NCBI GenBank assembly: GCA_937973635.1
Contig: CALJJZ010000035.1
Coordinates: 103,947 to 167,946, forward strand
Direction: 5' to 3'
Length of the DNA: 64,000 nt
From: an uncultured Bacillota bacterium
GTDB lineage: Bacteria > Bacillota > Dethiobacteria > DTU022 > UBA8154
Each line of letters starts with the position of its first letter. Positions within the stretch are counted from its first letter, which is position 1. The notes under the pieces are model-generated. The model did not search any database and had not been told where the DNA came from. It saw only the letters and a list, made by a program, of their open reading frames with translations. The translations under genes were made by a program, and so were the position numbers. Shown piece by piece: positions 45,417 to 55,315 of this stretch.

Positions 45417-46856
45417 GTGCATTTGGAAATTCCCGCCGCCGCCCGCCTGGTAATGGAGACCATCTCCCGGGACGGCTTTTGCTGTTACCTGGTAGGCGGC
45501 TGCGTACGCGACCTGCTTCTCGGCCGCCAGCCCGCCGACTACGACTTCGTTACAGACAGGAGCCCCGCTGAAATTATCGCCGCGGCAGCAAAAGCCGGCT
45601 GGAAGGCCCGGCAACAGGGCATCTCTTTTGGTGTGGTAAAGGTGCTGGCCTGGGGCAAAGAGTATGAAATCGCCACCATGCGCAGCGAAGCTTACGGCCC
45701 AGACCCACACCGGCCGGAGACGATACAGTTTATCGCCGAGATTGAAAAAGATCTGGCCCGGCGCGACTTTACCATTAACGCCATGGCCCTGGACTCCCAG
45801 GGCAGAGTTATCGACCCCTTTGGTGGGCAGGAAGACCTCAGGAAGCAGATCATCCGCTGCGTGGGCAACCCTAAGGAACGTTTTTTGGAGGATCCGCTGC
45901 GTATCTTGCGTGCAGCACGTTTCATCTCCCGGACAGGCTTCGCCCCGGATCCCGGCCTCGCTGCCGCTGCGGCGCTGGTAGAGGTGCGTCAACGTTTCAT
46001 GCTGCTTTCCGTGGAAAGGGTGCGGGACGAGCTGGAAAAGGTCCTCCTCTCTCCCTTGCCCTCCCGGGGGCTGCGCTACTTGGCAGAAACGAAGGTACTG
46101 GGTCTCTCCTGCCAAAGCAAGACGGCCAGCGGCAAAAAGCCTGTCCCTATCCTGCCGGAGGTGGCAGCACTGGAAGGGGTAGAACAAAACCCCCGCTTTC
46201 ATGCCTACGACGTGCTGGAACACACGCTCCAGACTGTTGACGGCACCAAAGCCCTGCCAGAACTGCGCTGGGCGGCACTGCTCCACGACGTGGCCAAGGG
46301 CAGAGCAGGGACGAGGTGCTTGAATAAAAAGGGAGAACCGGCCGATTACGGCCATGCCGCTGCCGGCGCAAAGCTGGCCTGGGAGATTCTAGAACGATTA
46401 AAGCTCCCTATAAAGACAAAGAAGCTAGTTGTTTGGCTAGTCCGCTACCACATGATCTTGCCCGGCATGGACGACGAGCAGATGAAACGCTGGGTGCTCA
46501 AGCGTTCCCGGGATTTTAGCAGGCGAGAGGCTTTTGTGGAGGCCGTGCACCTCCTTTTACAGCTGGCAGAGGCAGATAACCAAGCACGGGGTAAAGGCGT
46601 AGATCCCGCCTATATCAAAAGAGTCTCCGACAGCTTCCAGAGGACCATGGCCAAGACAGTTTTATACCCATCCGAGCTCGCCCTCGACGGCGCATACATC
46701 GCCCAGAAGCTAGGCCCGGGCCCACAGGTAGGCAAGACCCTCGGCGACCTCCTTGTAGACGTCCAACAGGAGCGCCTGGCCAATACCCGGGAAACATTGC
46801 AGCAGGCCGTGGAAAAAAAATCCCGCCGCCTAACCCGGAAACAGCCGGCGCCTTAG
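45417..46856 (+). CDS. cca: CCA tRNA nucleotidyltransferase with HD domain
   Basis: LVGGCVRD, DYD, DLARRDFTINA, EDPLRILRAARF, ERVRDE, LLHDVAK; AGGAGG RBS before GTG 45417. Confidence 0.88.
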   Translation: MHLEIPAAARLVMETISRDGFCCYLVGGCVRDLLLGRQPADYDFVTDRSPAEIIAAAAKAGWKARQQGISFGVVKVLAWGKEYEIATMRSEAYGPDPHRPETIQFIAEIEKDLARRDFTINAMALDSQGRVIDPFGGQEDLRKQIIRCVGNPKERFLEDPLRILRAARFISRTGFAPDPGLAAAAALVEVRQRFMLLSVERVRDELEKVLLSPLPSRGLRYLAETKVLGLSCQSKTASGKKPVPILPEVAALEGVEQNPRFHAYDVLEHTLQTVDGTKALPELRWAALLHDVAKGRAGTRCLNKKGEPADYGHAAAGAKLAWEILERLKLPIKTKKLVVWLVRYHMILPGMDDEQMKRWVLKRSRDFSRREAFVEAVHLLLQLAEADNQARGKGVDPAYIKRVSDSFQRTMAKTVLYPSELALDGAYIAQKLGPGPQVGKTLGDLLVDVQQERLANTRETLQQAVEKKSRRLTRKQPAP

Positions 46857-46867
46857 ATTAGCTCCTT

Positions 46868-47389
46868 TTACAATTTCACCATAAACTCAACCCTGTTTCC
46901 CCTGTTGTTATAGCAGAGCTGCGCGCAGCAGAGGCGCGTGATGGCGATACCCCGGCCCCGTTCTTCTTCCCCCTCCAGCTCCAGGGGCCTTTCTACTTTT
47001 TCCTGCCAGTTAAAACCTTCCCCCTCGTCCTCCACAGCCCCCAGGAGGTACGCCTCCGTCCTGACAACCTCTACCTTGACCCTGCGGCCTGGGTCAAACC
47101 TGTTGCCGTGCTCAATGGCATTGGCCACTAGCTCACTCAGGCAGAGTATAAACATCTCCGCTTCAGGTGAAGCACCCAAGAGGGGGGAAAGTTCCAGGCG
47201 CAGGAGCGTTAACGCAGCAAAATCGCTCTCCAGCAAAAAACTATGGGTGCTACGGCCAGCTGGATCCAATGACCGCGGCAGAAAAACAAGGCCTTCTCCG
47301 TCCTGCAGGGGGCTGCCGTCATTCCTTGCGCCGTCCAGCAACCAGCCGCAAACTTCCTCTCCAAAATACCCGTTTTCCCGTGAGGCCAT
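46868..47389 (-). CDS. RsbW-like anti-sigma/serine kinase (HATPase_c_2)
   Basis: ELVANAIEHGN, VEDEGEGF, RGRGI; paralog of the 49853-51964 C-terminus. Confidence 0.8.
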   Translation of the reverse strand: MASRENGYFGEEVCGWLLDGARNDGSPLQDGEGLVFLPRSLDPAGRSTHSFLLESDFAALTLLRLELSPLLGASPEAEMFILCLSELVANAIEHGNRFDPGRRVKVEVVRTEAYLLGAVEDEGEGFNWQEKVERPLELEGEEERGRGIAITRLCCAQLCYNNRGNRVEFMVKL

Positions 47390-47449
47390 GCGTTTCCCTC
47401 CCCCACGCGCCATTCTCAAGCAAGGACAGAGTTATAGGCAAACTGCGTT

Positions 47450-49270
47450 TTAAAATAAGGTCAGCTCCCCCTCTTCGCTGCCCGCGTCAACGTCTATGTC
47501 GGCAAAAACCTCTTTGGCCGTAAGCCTTTCCAGGTAAACAGTCAGCTTCTGCACGAGCAGCTCCAGCTCCGCAGAGACTTCCTGCCGGTATTCTGTTTCC
47601 GCACCGGTTTCTGGTAAAAAATGATTTTTAAATTCTTCCGCCTCTTCCGCCAGTTTCTTCAAGGAGACTTTAATCTCTGCAAGCATGCCCGGCAGGCGTC
47701 TGCCGGCCCGCAACCACGCCTCGGCGCTGCGCAGGGTTTCCATCAGGTTGTGGCAGCTCTGCCCTAAGGCCTGGATCGCTCGGCTGATTAAGACTTCGAT
47801 CTGATCCAGCTCTGCCCTGGTCTCCAGCAGCGCCGCCTGCATGGCTTCGGCTTTTTTCCGGTCCAGGGCGAGCATTTCTTCAAATTCTTTTAAATTTTGC
47901 AATAATTTTGCCTTTAGCCTGCTCGCCGTCTCTTCGTTGGCACTTACTTCCTTTACAACATTTTCGGTAATCCTGCCCATCTCCCGGGCGAAGGCATGGT
48001 CCCGGTAACCGATGCAGGCCAGCTCTATGCGCGCCAGCAGGTTAAGCTTCTGTAAGAGGCCGACGCTTTTTTTAATGCTGAGGATCCTGTTTTCCAGGGC
48101 AAAGGCATACTCATAGAAAGAAATGCTCGTCCCTGAGAAGCCGTCCATCTTCCTCTGCAGCTCCTGGAGGTTTTGCTCCAGCTGTAGCATGAACTCCCTT
48201 ACTTTCTGGAAAATACGCTGCACAGTGCTTTCTTCCCCTGTAGCGGGGCTTCCGCCCAAAAAAGCGGCGAGGAGGCTCCCTTCTTCCCCCAGCTGCTGCA
48301 GACGCAGCTCCATAGACTTAAGCCGCCCCTCCATTTCGTCTAAAGAACGGGCTAACTCCTCCCCGATATTGCGCACCAACTTTATGCAAAGCTCAAGGAC
48401 GGCAGAGATAAAGTAAAACAGTTGCGGCGCTGCCGCCTCTCCATTGTGACGGGCCTCCATAGCCGCAACAATGCTTTGCAAACACCTGTTCAAGTTTTCC
48501 ATACCCTGGCGCAGAATATCCTGGGCCTGGATAGAAACCATGATCTCCTGCACGGGCTGCAGGCTGGCCCTGACATGTTCCATTAAATCCTGGAGCAGCT
48601 TATGGATCTCTTCCAAAGATTCAAGGGTAAGGCTGAAGAGCCGGTCAAATTCCCGTTGTTGCCCGCTGCTGAGGCCAGCATGGCAATTTAACATTATTTC
48701 CAGATCCTGGGCAAAACGGTCGTTCCAGGCGTTGAGGCTTTCCACCGTCTCCTGCAGGCTGCTGTAATAGCCGGCAACCTGACCGGAAAAGAGGTGGACA
48801 TGGTCGGAGATAACACGGAAGGGGCGGCCTCTGTCGCCCAGGCGGGCAGCAAAGATAATGGCATTCAAGGAGACGATCTCTATCTCCATTAACCTTTCCT
48901 TGATCCGCCCGATCATGGCTGTGAGGATGCTTAGGGCTGAAGCCTCGTTATTGACGCCGAGGAAATGGTTGACGCTGTTGTACATCTGCCTTTCATCCGC
49001 CATCTGGTAGAGCGTTTTATCCATTTTGGCAGCAACTTTTTGCAGGATCTGTAAAAGCCTGGGCATATCTCGGCCAGAGGCAGGGCTGGCGGTTTGGGGA
49101 ATAAAATATTCCAGCAAGATAGCCGTCTCCTCCAAGGTCAGCTCTATCTCCCGCTCAAGGCGCGGAAGCTGTTGGTACACAGCTTCGTAGACCTCTTCTG
49201 TAGCCGCGCTGAGCTCCAGGATCTCCCTGGTAGCAGCTTGAATACGGTCTTTGAACTTATCCAGCTTCAC
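47450..49270 (-). CDS. Soluble MCP-like coiled-coil signalling protein
   Basis: SLNAIIFAARLGDRGRPFRVIS MCP-tip-like motif, IQAQDILRQ, acidic tail GELTLF; GGGAGG RBS before GTG 49270. Confidence 0.65.
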   Translation of the reverse strand: MKLDKFKDRIQAATREILELSAATEEVYEAVYQQLPRLEREIELTLEETAILLEYFIPQTASPASGRDMPRLLQILQKVAAKMDKTLYQMADERQMYNSVNHFLGVNNEASALSILTAMIGRIKERLMEIEIVSLNAIIFAARLGDRGRPFRVISDHVHLFSGQVAGYYSSLQETVESLNAWNDRFAQDLEIMLNCHAGLSSGQQREFDRLFSLTLESLEEIHKLLQDLMEHVRASLQPVQEIMVSIQAQDILRQGMENLNRCLQSIVAAMEARHNGEAAAPQLFYFISAVLELCIKLVRNIGEELARSLDEMEGRLKSMELRLQQLGEEGSLLAAFLGGSPATGEESTVQRIFQKVREFMLQLEQNLQELQRKMDGFSGTSISFYEYAFALENRILSIKKSVGLLQKLNLLARIELACIGYRDHAFAREMGRITENVVKEVSANEETASRLKAKLLQNLKEFEEMLALDRKKAEAMQAALLETRAELDQIEVLISRAIQALGQSCHNLMETLRSAEAWLRAGRRLPGMLAEIKVSLKKLAEEAEEFKNHFLPETGAETEYRQEVSAELELLVQKLTVYLERLTAKEVFADIDVDAGSEEGELTLF

Positions 49271-49298
49271 AGAAAAGCCCTCCCAGAACTTTTCTTTA

Positions 49299-49646
49299 TT
49301 AAAGGATAAAAGACAGGATCTGCTCTGCAAAGCATTCTTTGGAGATAAAGCCATCAAAGATCTCTTCATCGTTTAGGCTGTAGCCGTTAAGATCGTCGTT
49401 AAACAGGGCCATACCAATGATTTTTGCCCCTGGAAGCTCTTTTCTGATTAAAGCAGCCCGCCGGGAAGAGCCCTGCTCCATCTGGAGCAAAACCAGGTCC
49501 GGTTTTAATTCGCGCCAGGCAGCCTGGGCTTCCAGCATAGATTTGGCGGCAAAAACAAGGGCCTGCTGGCTCCGGTCTGACAACAACCGCCGTACTGCTT
49601 CGTTAAAAGCGTCGTTATCGTTGATGATTAAAACCTTGGTGGACAT
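49299..49646 (-). CDS. Single-domain pseudo-receiver protein
   Basis: KVLIINDND, KPDLVLLQ (Gln at the phospho-Asp position), GFISK. Confidence 0.7.
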   Translation of the reverse strand: MSTKVLIINDNDAFNEAVRRLLSDRSQQALVFAAKSMLEAQAAWRELKPDLVLLQMEQGSSRRAALIRKELPGAKIIGMALFNDDLNGYSLNDEEIFDGFISKECFAEQILSFIL

Positions 49647-49852
49647 GGCCTCTAACCGCCCTTATGGTTTTAATCAAGTATGATACAACTGCCCTTTGCC
49701 AATTCCAGTATAAACCTTTTTCTGTGCAGGCCCCATCGGAAAACTCCCTATTTTCGAAGGAAAAGTGCCCAATAAAAAAGAAAAACATCCCTATTTTCAG
49801 GGATATGGACGCAAAGCAAGCTGCCTTTAAATTTGGGGTGCAAGGAGCTGCC

Positions 49853-51964
49853 TTATTTATTTATCACCACAAATTCGACCCGGTTTCCTTTCTCATGGTA
49901 GTACAGCTTCGCGCAGCAGAGGCGTGTCATGGCGATGCCCCGCCCCCTTTCGGCGCCCCCTTCCAGCTCCAGAGGCCTTTCCTCCCGTTCCCGCCAGTTA
50001 AAACCTTCTCCTTCGTCCTCCACGGCGCCCAGGAGGTACGTCTCCGTCCTGACAATCTCCACCTTGACCCTGCGGCCGGGATCAAACCCGTTGCCGTGTT
50101 CGATGGCATTGGCCGCCAGCTCGTAGAGGCAGGTCAAGAAGAGCTCACTTTCGGCCAATCCTTCTAAGAAAGGCAAGGCCTCCTGGCGCAAGCGCTTTAG
50201 CTCGTTAAAATCGCTCGCCAGGGTAAAGCAATGCGTCCTTTTTTCCGCCGGGTCAAGCTGCAGCACCAGGAAAGTAAGGTCGTCCCTGGTCTGCAGGGAA
50301 CCGCCGTTAAATTCCCGGAAATCGTCGAGGACCTCCCGCACAATAAAGTGGGGTGGCAGGTAGGCGTTGGCATAAAAAACCACAGGCAGCCTCTCCCAGT
50401 AATAGGCGCCGCAGGCGCCCTGTTCCGTCAGGCCGTCGGTATTAAAAAAAACGGTGCTGCCAGGGGTGAGAACGATTTTCTCTTCTTGCAGCGTCTGGAT
50501 ATGCTCGGGGAGAAAGTTCGTAAGGAAAAAACCTCTGCCCATGAGCTTCACCGCCGACCCGTCCCCCAGCCTGACCAAGGGCGTCTCCTGGAAGCCGGCG
50601 CCACAGTAGCAGAGCTCCTTCTTTTCCAGATCCATTACGGTCAGAAAGATGCTGATATACAGCTCTTCGGGGTAGTTCTCGCGGCAGAACTGCCGCTGCA
50701 GGTGCTGCAGGATGCTGTAAGGCCGGAGCGCCTCGGGCTTAAGGCTGACATAGCTGGCAATGGCTTCTTTGATAAAGACACTAAGCATGGCGCCGTCTAA
50801 GCCGTGGCCCGAGACGTCGCAGAGGTAGAGGACCAGTTTATCCCCTGCCTGGATGACGTCATACATATCGCCGCCCATTTTTTGCGCGGGCCGGTAATAA
50901 GCGGCAAAGGAAAGGCCCGGCACAGGGGGAAAGGAACGGAGAAACAGCCGTTCGTGGACGGCGCGGGCCTTGTCCATCTCTTCGTCCAGCTGCCGGTAGA
51001 GCCGCTGCAGCTCCCGAGCACCCTCCGCCAGCTTTTTTTCCGCTTCCCGGCGTGCCGTGATATCGCTTAAAACAAGCAGGCTGGCCCTTTCCCCCTCCCA
51101 CGGGACGACCACAACCTTGGCCTCTATCCACCTGGTCTCCCCCGCCCCCGTAATCAGGCGAAAGGGGTAACGCTCCTCAATGACCTCCCCGGCCATCCTC
51201 CTTGCATGTCTGAAAAGCACTTCCTCTCTATCTTCGGGATGGATGAACTCTATAAAAGGGGTCGCCAGCAGTTCCAGCTGGGGGCGGCCGAAAAGTCTGG
51301 CTGCCGCGGGGTTGCAAAAGATATTGCGGCCTTCCCGGGCCACGACGATGGCTTCGTTCACGTTCTCTACCAGGAAACGGTAGCGCTCCTCGGCGGCGCG
51401 CAGGGCCTCCTCCCGCTTCCGCGCTGTAACGTCCCTGATCAAGCTCTGCACCGCCCCTTCCCCTTCCCGGGAAACCACCTTGGAGCCGATCTCCAGGATA
51501 GCTCGAGAACCATCTGCGCGCAGGTACTCCGTTTCAAAAGCAATAAAGCCGTCCTTAAGGAGCCGAGCCAGGCTGTAAGAGGGGTTATGGGCTGCATTAA
51601 AGAGCGAAGCAACGGCCTCAAATAAGGTTTCACCTTCGCCGCTCAGCAGCCGGGCCACATTTTGGTTGAGCTCCAGGACTCTGCCCTGAAAGTCGTGGAT
51701 GAGCAAGGCATCAGGCATATTTTCCAAGACGGAACGGTATTTTGCTTCGCTCTGCTCCAGCAACTCCTCCGCAAGCTCCAGCCGGTTGGTCTCCCTCAGC
51801 AGCAGGTAAACGGCCAACAACAAGAGCAGGACAAATACGCCTCCCAGCGAAAAGACTGCAGGGGGGAGATCTCCCTTCTCTAAGTAAAAAAAAATGGCCG
51901 GGAGCATAAAAAAAGCCAGCAGCGCTGCCAACATCGCCTTATTTTTCCCCTTAGTCAGCTTCAC
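49853..51964 (-). CDS. Membrane PAS-PAS-PP2C (SpoIIE/RsbU) phosphatase fused to an RsbW-like kinase domain
   Basis: 2 TM, two PAS domains, MGGDMYD, CDVSGHG, TDGLTE, DDLT, then ANAIEHGN..DEGEGF..GRGI. Confidence 0.9.
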   Translation of the reverse strand: MKLTKGKNKAMLAALLAFFMLPAIFFYLEKGDLPPAVFSLGGVFVLLLLLAVYLLLRETNRLELAEELLEQSEAKYRSVLENMPDALLIHDFQGRVLELNQNVARLLSGEGETLFEAVASLFNAAHNPSYSLARLLKDGFIAFETEYLRADGSRAILEIGSKVVSREGEGAVQSLIRDVTARKREEALRAAEERYRFLVENVNEAIVVAREGRNIFCNPAAARLFGRPQLELLATPFIEFIHPEDREEVLFRHARRMAGEVIEERYPFRLITGAGETRWIEAKVVVVPWEGERASLLVLSDITARREAEKKLAEGARELQRLYRQLDEEMDKARAVHERLFLRSFPPVPGLSFAAYYRPAQKMGGDMYDVIQAGDKLVLYLCDVSGHGLDGAMLSVFIKEAIASYVSLKPEALRPYSILQHLQRQFCRENYPEELYISIFLTVMDLEKKELCYCGAGFQETPLVRLGDGSAVKLMGRGFFLTNFLPEHIQTLQEEKIVLTPGSTVFFNTDGLTEQGACGAYYWERLPVVFYANAYLPPHFIVREVLDDFREFNGGSLQTRDDLTFLVLQLDPAEKRTHCFTLASDFNELKRLRQEALPFLEGLAESELFLTCLYELAANAIEHGNGFDPGRRVKVEIVRTETYLLGAVEDEGEGFNWREREERPLELEGGAERGRGIAMTRLCCAKLYYHEKGNRVEFVVINK

Positions 51965-51991
51965 CGCACACGCTCCTTAACTTAATCTCGC

Positions 51992-52648
51992 TTAGGCTTC
52001 GAGCAGCCCCATGAGCCTAGCAAACTGCAAGAGGGTGGCCTCGTCCACAGTATTTAACTTCGCCTTAATATTTTCCTGGTGTTTGTCGATGGTTTTAGGG
52101 CTGACAGAAAGGATCCTGGCCATCTCTTTGCGGCTGTGTTTTTCCAGCATCAACTGCAACACTTCCCTTTCCCTTTGCGTCAGCTTCTCATAGGCCGTAA
52201 AGGACTGCATCAGCCGGGGAGAAGCCGTTATCTGCTCCACCAGCACCCTGGAAACAGCCGGGCTGAAGTAGTACTCATCTCGCTGTACCGCCTCCAGGGC
52301 TAGGATCAGCTCCTGGAAGACCCCTTTTTTATGGACGTAGGCGCGGGCACCGGCCAAGCACGCCTGGAGCACATAAATATCTTCGGCGTGCATAGAAAGG
52401 ATTAAGACTTTCACCGCAGGGAAACGCTTCCGGATTTGGCGGGTCGCTTCCAGCCCGTTTAGGCCGGGCATAGCAATATCCATGATCACAACATCGGGCT
52501 TGAGCTCTTCCACCAGCTGGAGCGCTTCCCTGCCGTCATCGGCCTCGCCGACGATCTCCACGTACCCATACCCTGCAAGCAGAGAGCGTAACCCCTGGCG
52601 CAAGATGGCATGGTCGTCCGCTAGGATAACCTTTAGCCCTTTTTTCAT
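51992..52648 (-). CDS. NarL/LuxR family response regulator
   Basis: LADDH, MDIAMP, LSMH, LTQREREVL, SPKTI. Confidence 0.93.
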   Translation of the reverse strand: MKKGLKVILADDHAILRQGLRSLLAGYGYVEIVGEADDGREALQLVEELKPDVVIMDIAMPGLNGLEATRQIRKRFPAVKVLILSMHAEDIYVLQACLAGARAYVHKKGVFQELILALEAVQRDEYYFSPAVSRVLVEQITASPRLMQSFTAYEKLTQREREVLQLMLEKHSRKEMARILSVSPKTIDKHQENIKAKLNTVDEATLLQFARLMGLLEA

Positions 52649-54894
52649 GCCTTTCCCGGACCCCTTTTCTGTAGCGGCACGGCGATCTCTATGGTTGTGC
52701 CGCCCCCTGGGCGGGACAATATTTTTAACCTGCCGTTAACAAGCTCCACTCGCTCCTGCATACCGATCAGCCCTAAGGACTTTTCACTGTTAAGCACCGC
52801 TTCGGGCATAAAACCAATCCCGTTATCGGAGATCTGGACAGATATTTCGCCGTTGCTCTGATCAAAGAGGACGGTAGCCTCCTTGGCCGCGGCATGGCGG
52901 GCAATATTGGTCAACGCTTCCTGCACGCAGCGGAAGAGGGCCGTTTCCACTTCGCTCCCCAGCCTTTTATGTTCCCAGGATTTTGTCTTGACCTGGATAT
53001 TTATACCGGCACGCTTGCTAAAGCTCTCCGCCATGTGGCGCACGGCGGGCACCAGCCCCATGTCATCTAAGACCGGGGGGCGGAGTGATACAGCCTGCAA
53101 GTGGACAAAATCCATGGTGGCATCGATCACACCAATGCTCTGGCCGACCCTTTCCGCAAAGTCAGGGGCTAGACCGGCCAGCTCCCTAGCAAGGATCTGC
53201 AGCTCGATTTTCAGGGTCGTAAGGGCCTGGCCCACATTGTCGTGTAGCTCCCGGGAAAGGCGGCGGCGTTCCTCTTCCTGGGCTTTTAACACCCTGGCAG
53301 AGAGGGCGCGGAGTTTTTTATGGCTGGACTTGAGCTTTTCTTCCGCTTCCGCACGTTCGGTAACGTCCCGGGCAATTCCCTCTATGGCCAGCAGCCGGCC
53401 TTCCCCATCAAAAACAGGGACGGCGTACTGTTCAAGCCAGATCGTCCTGCCGTCTTTACAGGGCCACGGCATAGTTACAGGTTTTTTGTCGCCCTGCCTG
53501 GCCTCTGTCTCCTTCTTTTCACTAAAATAAGAGCAGGCCGGCCCCACTATTTTCCTGGCAAGCTCTGCCTCCCTGTAAAATTCTTCGGGCCGGTAGCCGG
53601 TCAGCCGGTAAGCGGCCGGGCTGATATACTCCATCTGCAGCAGGGGGTTCAGCCTAGCCCGGTAGATAATGTCCCGGGAATTATCGGCAAGGAGGCGGAA
53701 CAAAGACTCGCTCTTGATAAGGGCATCCCTGTCCTGCAGGTTTGTCAGGGCGCTGCCCACAAAGGGGGAGATACCCTCCAGGAAAAAGAGGCCGTCACAA
53801 AGGGGTAAGATATCCTCTTCCCTCCGGTCGTACAGGTGGAAATACCCTATCGTCCCTCGGGGCGCCTTTAGAGGCACAAACAAAATCCGCTTCAAGTTAG
53901 ACCGGACACAGTCCCCGGCGCACAGGCTGCCTGTGGCACCCTCTTCCCCGCTGCCGGTGCGCCGGCAGTAGAGGCTGCCAAAAGAAGTAAAGACAAGGTC
54001 CCTGTCCTTGTTTTCGTTCCCACTATTTGCAAGGCATCCTTGGCCCTTGCCAAGGGAGAAAAAATCTTCTGCATCATAGCAACAGGGTGCAGACAACATC
54101 TCGTAAACACCGGAAAGGCTGCTGTGGGCAACGGTAGAAAAGCTTTCCCCAGTAAAAAGCCTGAGCGCACCGGCCTCAAACCCAGTAAACTCCAGGACTT
54201 TCAGCAGCACCATCTGGATACCCCAGTCTACGCTGTCCGTTTCTGCCAGCAGGGAGAGGACTTCCGCTAGAGCCCGTTGAAAGGACCAGGCTTTTTTGGC
54301 AGCTGAGCTTTCAAAAGGCTCCCAGCCATAGGGCGTTTTATAGATAGCCTGGTGGTAACGTAGAAGCTCCATGGTCTCTCTTCCCCTTTGTGACGGCAGA
54401 CTATAAGCGCAGAGGGAAAGCATTTTTTGATAAGGGATATAGCTCTCTATCACCCTTTCATAGGCAGCCATTGCCCCTGCGCCGTTATGGCCCGGCCGGC
54501 ATAAATTGCCGCCCACACGCAGTCCTTCGTATCCACGCTCAAAGACAGCTGCCAGCTGCCTGTGCAAGAATTCCACGGCCCTGCCAGCATGGAAAATTCC
54601 TCCAGAGTAAAACGTATCTTCAAAGGGCAAAAGCAAGAGCAGGCCTTGTTCAAGATAAAGACCTGTCTCTGGAATCGTCTTCTCCATGGCCGCCCGTGCC
54701 TCTTTTTCCTCTACAAGGTCGCACAAAAACCAGATACACTTTTCCTCACGGCGCAAGCCTGCAGCAAAATAGAGGGGCAGGGCCTCCAGGAGGTCGTCCT
54801 TGCTTTCATAAAAGAGGCACAGGTGCGTCCCCCAGGGCGCTTCCGGGAAACAGACAAAACCTGTCTCACGCAAAATATCACCCTGCACCCGCAT
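52645..54894 (-). CDS. Cytoplasmic MEDS-GAF-PAS HisKA_3 histidine kinase
   Basis: PWGTHLCLFYE (MEDS), PAS, EEERRRLSRELHD, QEALTNIARHA, DNGIGF, LGLIGMQER. Confidence 0.9.
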   Translation of the reverse strand: MRVQGDILRETGFVCFPEAPWGTHLCLFYESKDDLLEALPLYFAAGLRREEKCIWFLCDLVEEKEARAAMEKTIPETGLYLEQGLLLLLPFEDTFYSGGIFHAGRAVEFLHRQLAAVFERGYEGLRVGGNLCRPGHNGAGAMAAYERVIESYIPYQKMLSLCAYSLPSQRGRETMELLRYHQAIYKTPYGWEPFESSAAKKAWSFQRALAEVLSLLAETDSVDWGIQMVLLKVLEFTGFEAGALRLFTGESFSTVAHSSLSGVYEMLSAPCCYDAEDFFSLGKGQGCLANSGNENKDRDLVFTSFGSLYCRRTGSGEEGATGSLCAGDCVRSNLKRILFVPLKAPRGTIGYFHLYDRREEDILPLCDGLFFLEGISPFVGSALTNLQDRDALIKSESLFRLLADNSRDIIYRARLNPLLQMEYISPAAYRLTGYRPEEFYREAELARKIVGPACSYFSEKKETEARQGDKKPVTMPWPCKDGRTIWLEQYAVPVFDGEGRLLAIEGIARDVTERAEAEEKLKSSHKKLRALSARVLKAQEEERRRLSRELHDNVGQALTTLKIELQILARELAGLAPDFAERVGQSIGVIDATMDFVHLQAVSLRPPVLDDMGLVPAVRHMAESFSKRAGINIQVKTKSWEHKRLGSEVETALFRCVQEALTNIARHAAAKEATVLFDQSNGEISVQISDNGIGFMPEAVLNSEKSLGLIGMQERVELVNGRLKILSRPGGGTTIEIAVPLQKRGPGKA

Positions 54895-55071
54895 AAAAAA
54901 ACACCCTTTCTTCAGCAACAATACTATATCTTCATCATTTCCCGGGAAATTTTCTCATAAAATAATATTTCGACATCTTTTTTAGAGTTCCTTTCAATTA
55001 TCTCCCTAGCTACCTAAAAAATCTCAGCCCGGCCAATCCGTACCATTGACGTCCTTACAAACCGGTTAAGC

Positions 55072-55100
55072 TTTACAGGAGCACCCTGTTCAGTTATAAT
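55072..55100 (+). promoter_or_regulatory. SigA promoter of tRNA-Pro
   Basis: TTTACA-N17-TATAAT. Confidence 0.75.
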
Positions 55101-55113
55101 AGGATCCAGACAG

Positions 55114-55190
55114 CGGGGCGTAGCGCAGCTTGGCAGCGCGCTTGGTTCGGGACCAAGAGGTCGCGAGTTCAAATCTCGCCGCTCCGACCA
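55114..55190 (+). tRNA. tRNA-Pro (anticodon CGG)
   Basis: CGGGGCG/CGCTCCG acceptor stem, CTTGG-TTCGGGA-CCAAG anticodon arm, GTTCAAATC T-loop, encoded CCA. Confidence 0.97.
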
Positions 55191-55281
55191 CGATAAACAC
55201 GGGGTTCTGTGAAGTCCCTGTTAACATAATAAGCCACTAAAAAAGGCTCAGTACAAATTTTTGATACACATTTTTAAAAAG

Positions 55282-55315
55282 AAAAAACCGGGAAGCCTGT
55301 AGCTCCCCGGTTTTC
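55282..55315. terminator. Bidirectional terminator after tRNA-Pro
   Basis: AAAACCGGG...CCCGGTTTT inverted repeat. Confidence 0.65.

Noticed and set aside
49780-49852. GACGCAAAGC...GCTGCC resembling a c-di-GMP-I riboswitch
   Set aside because: Wrong strand for the adjacent genes and lacks the GGCAAAC and GNRA P2 elements.
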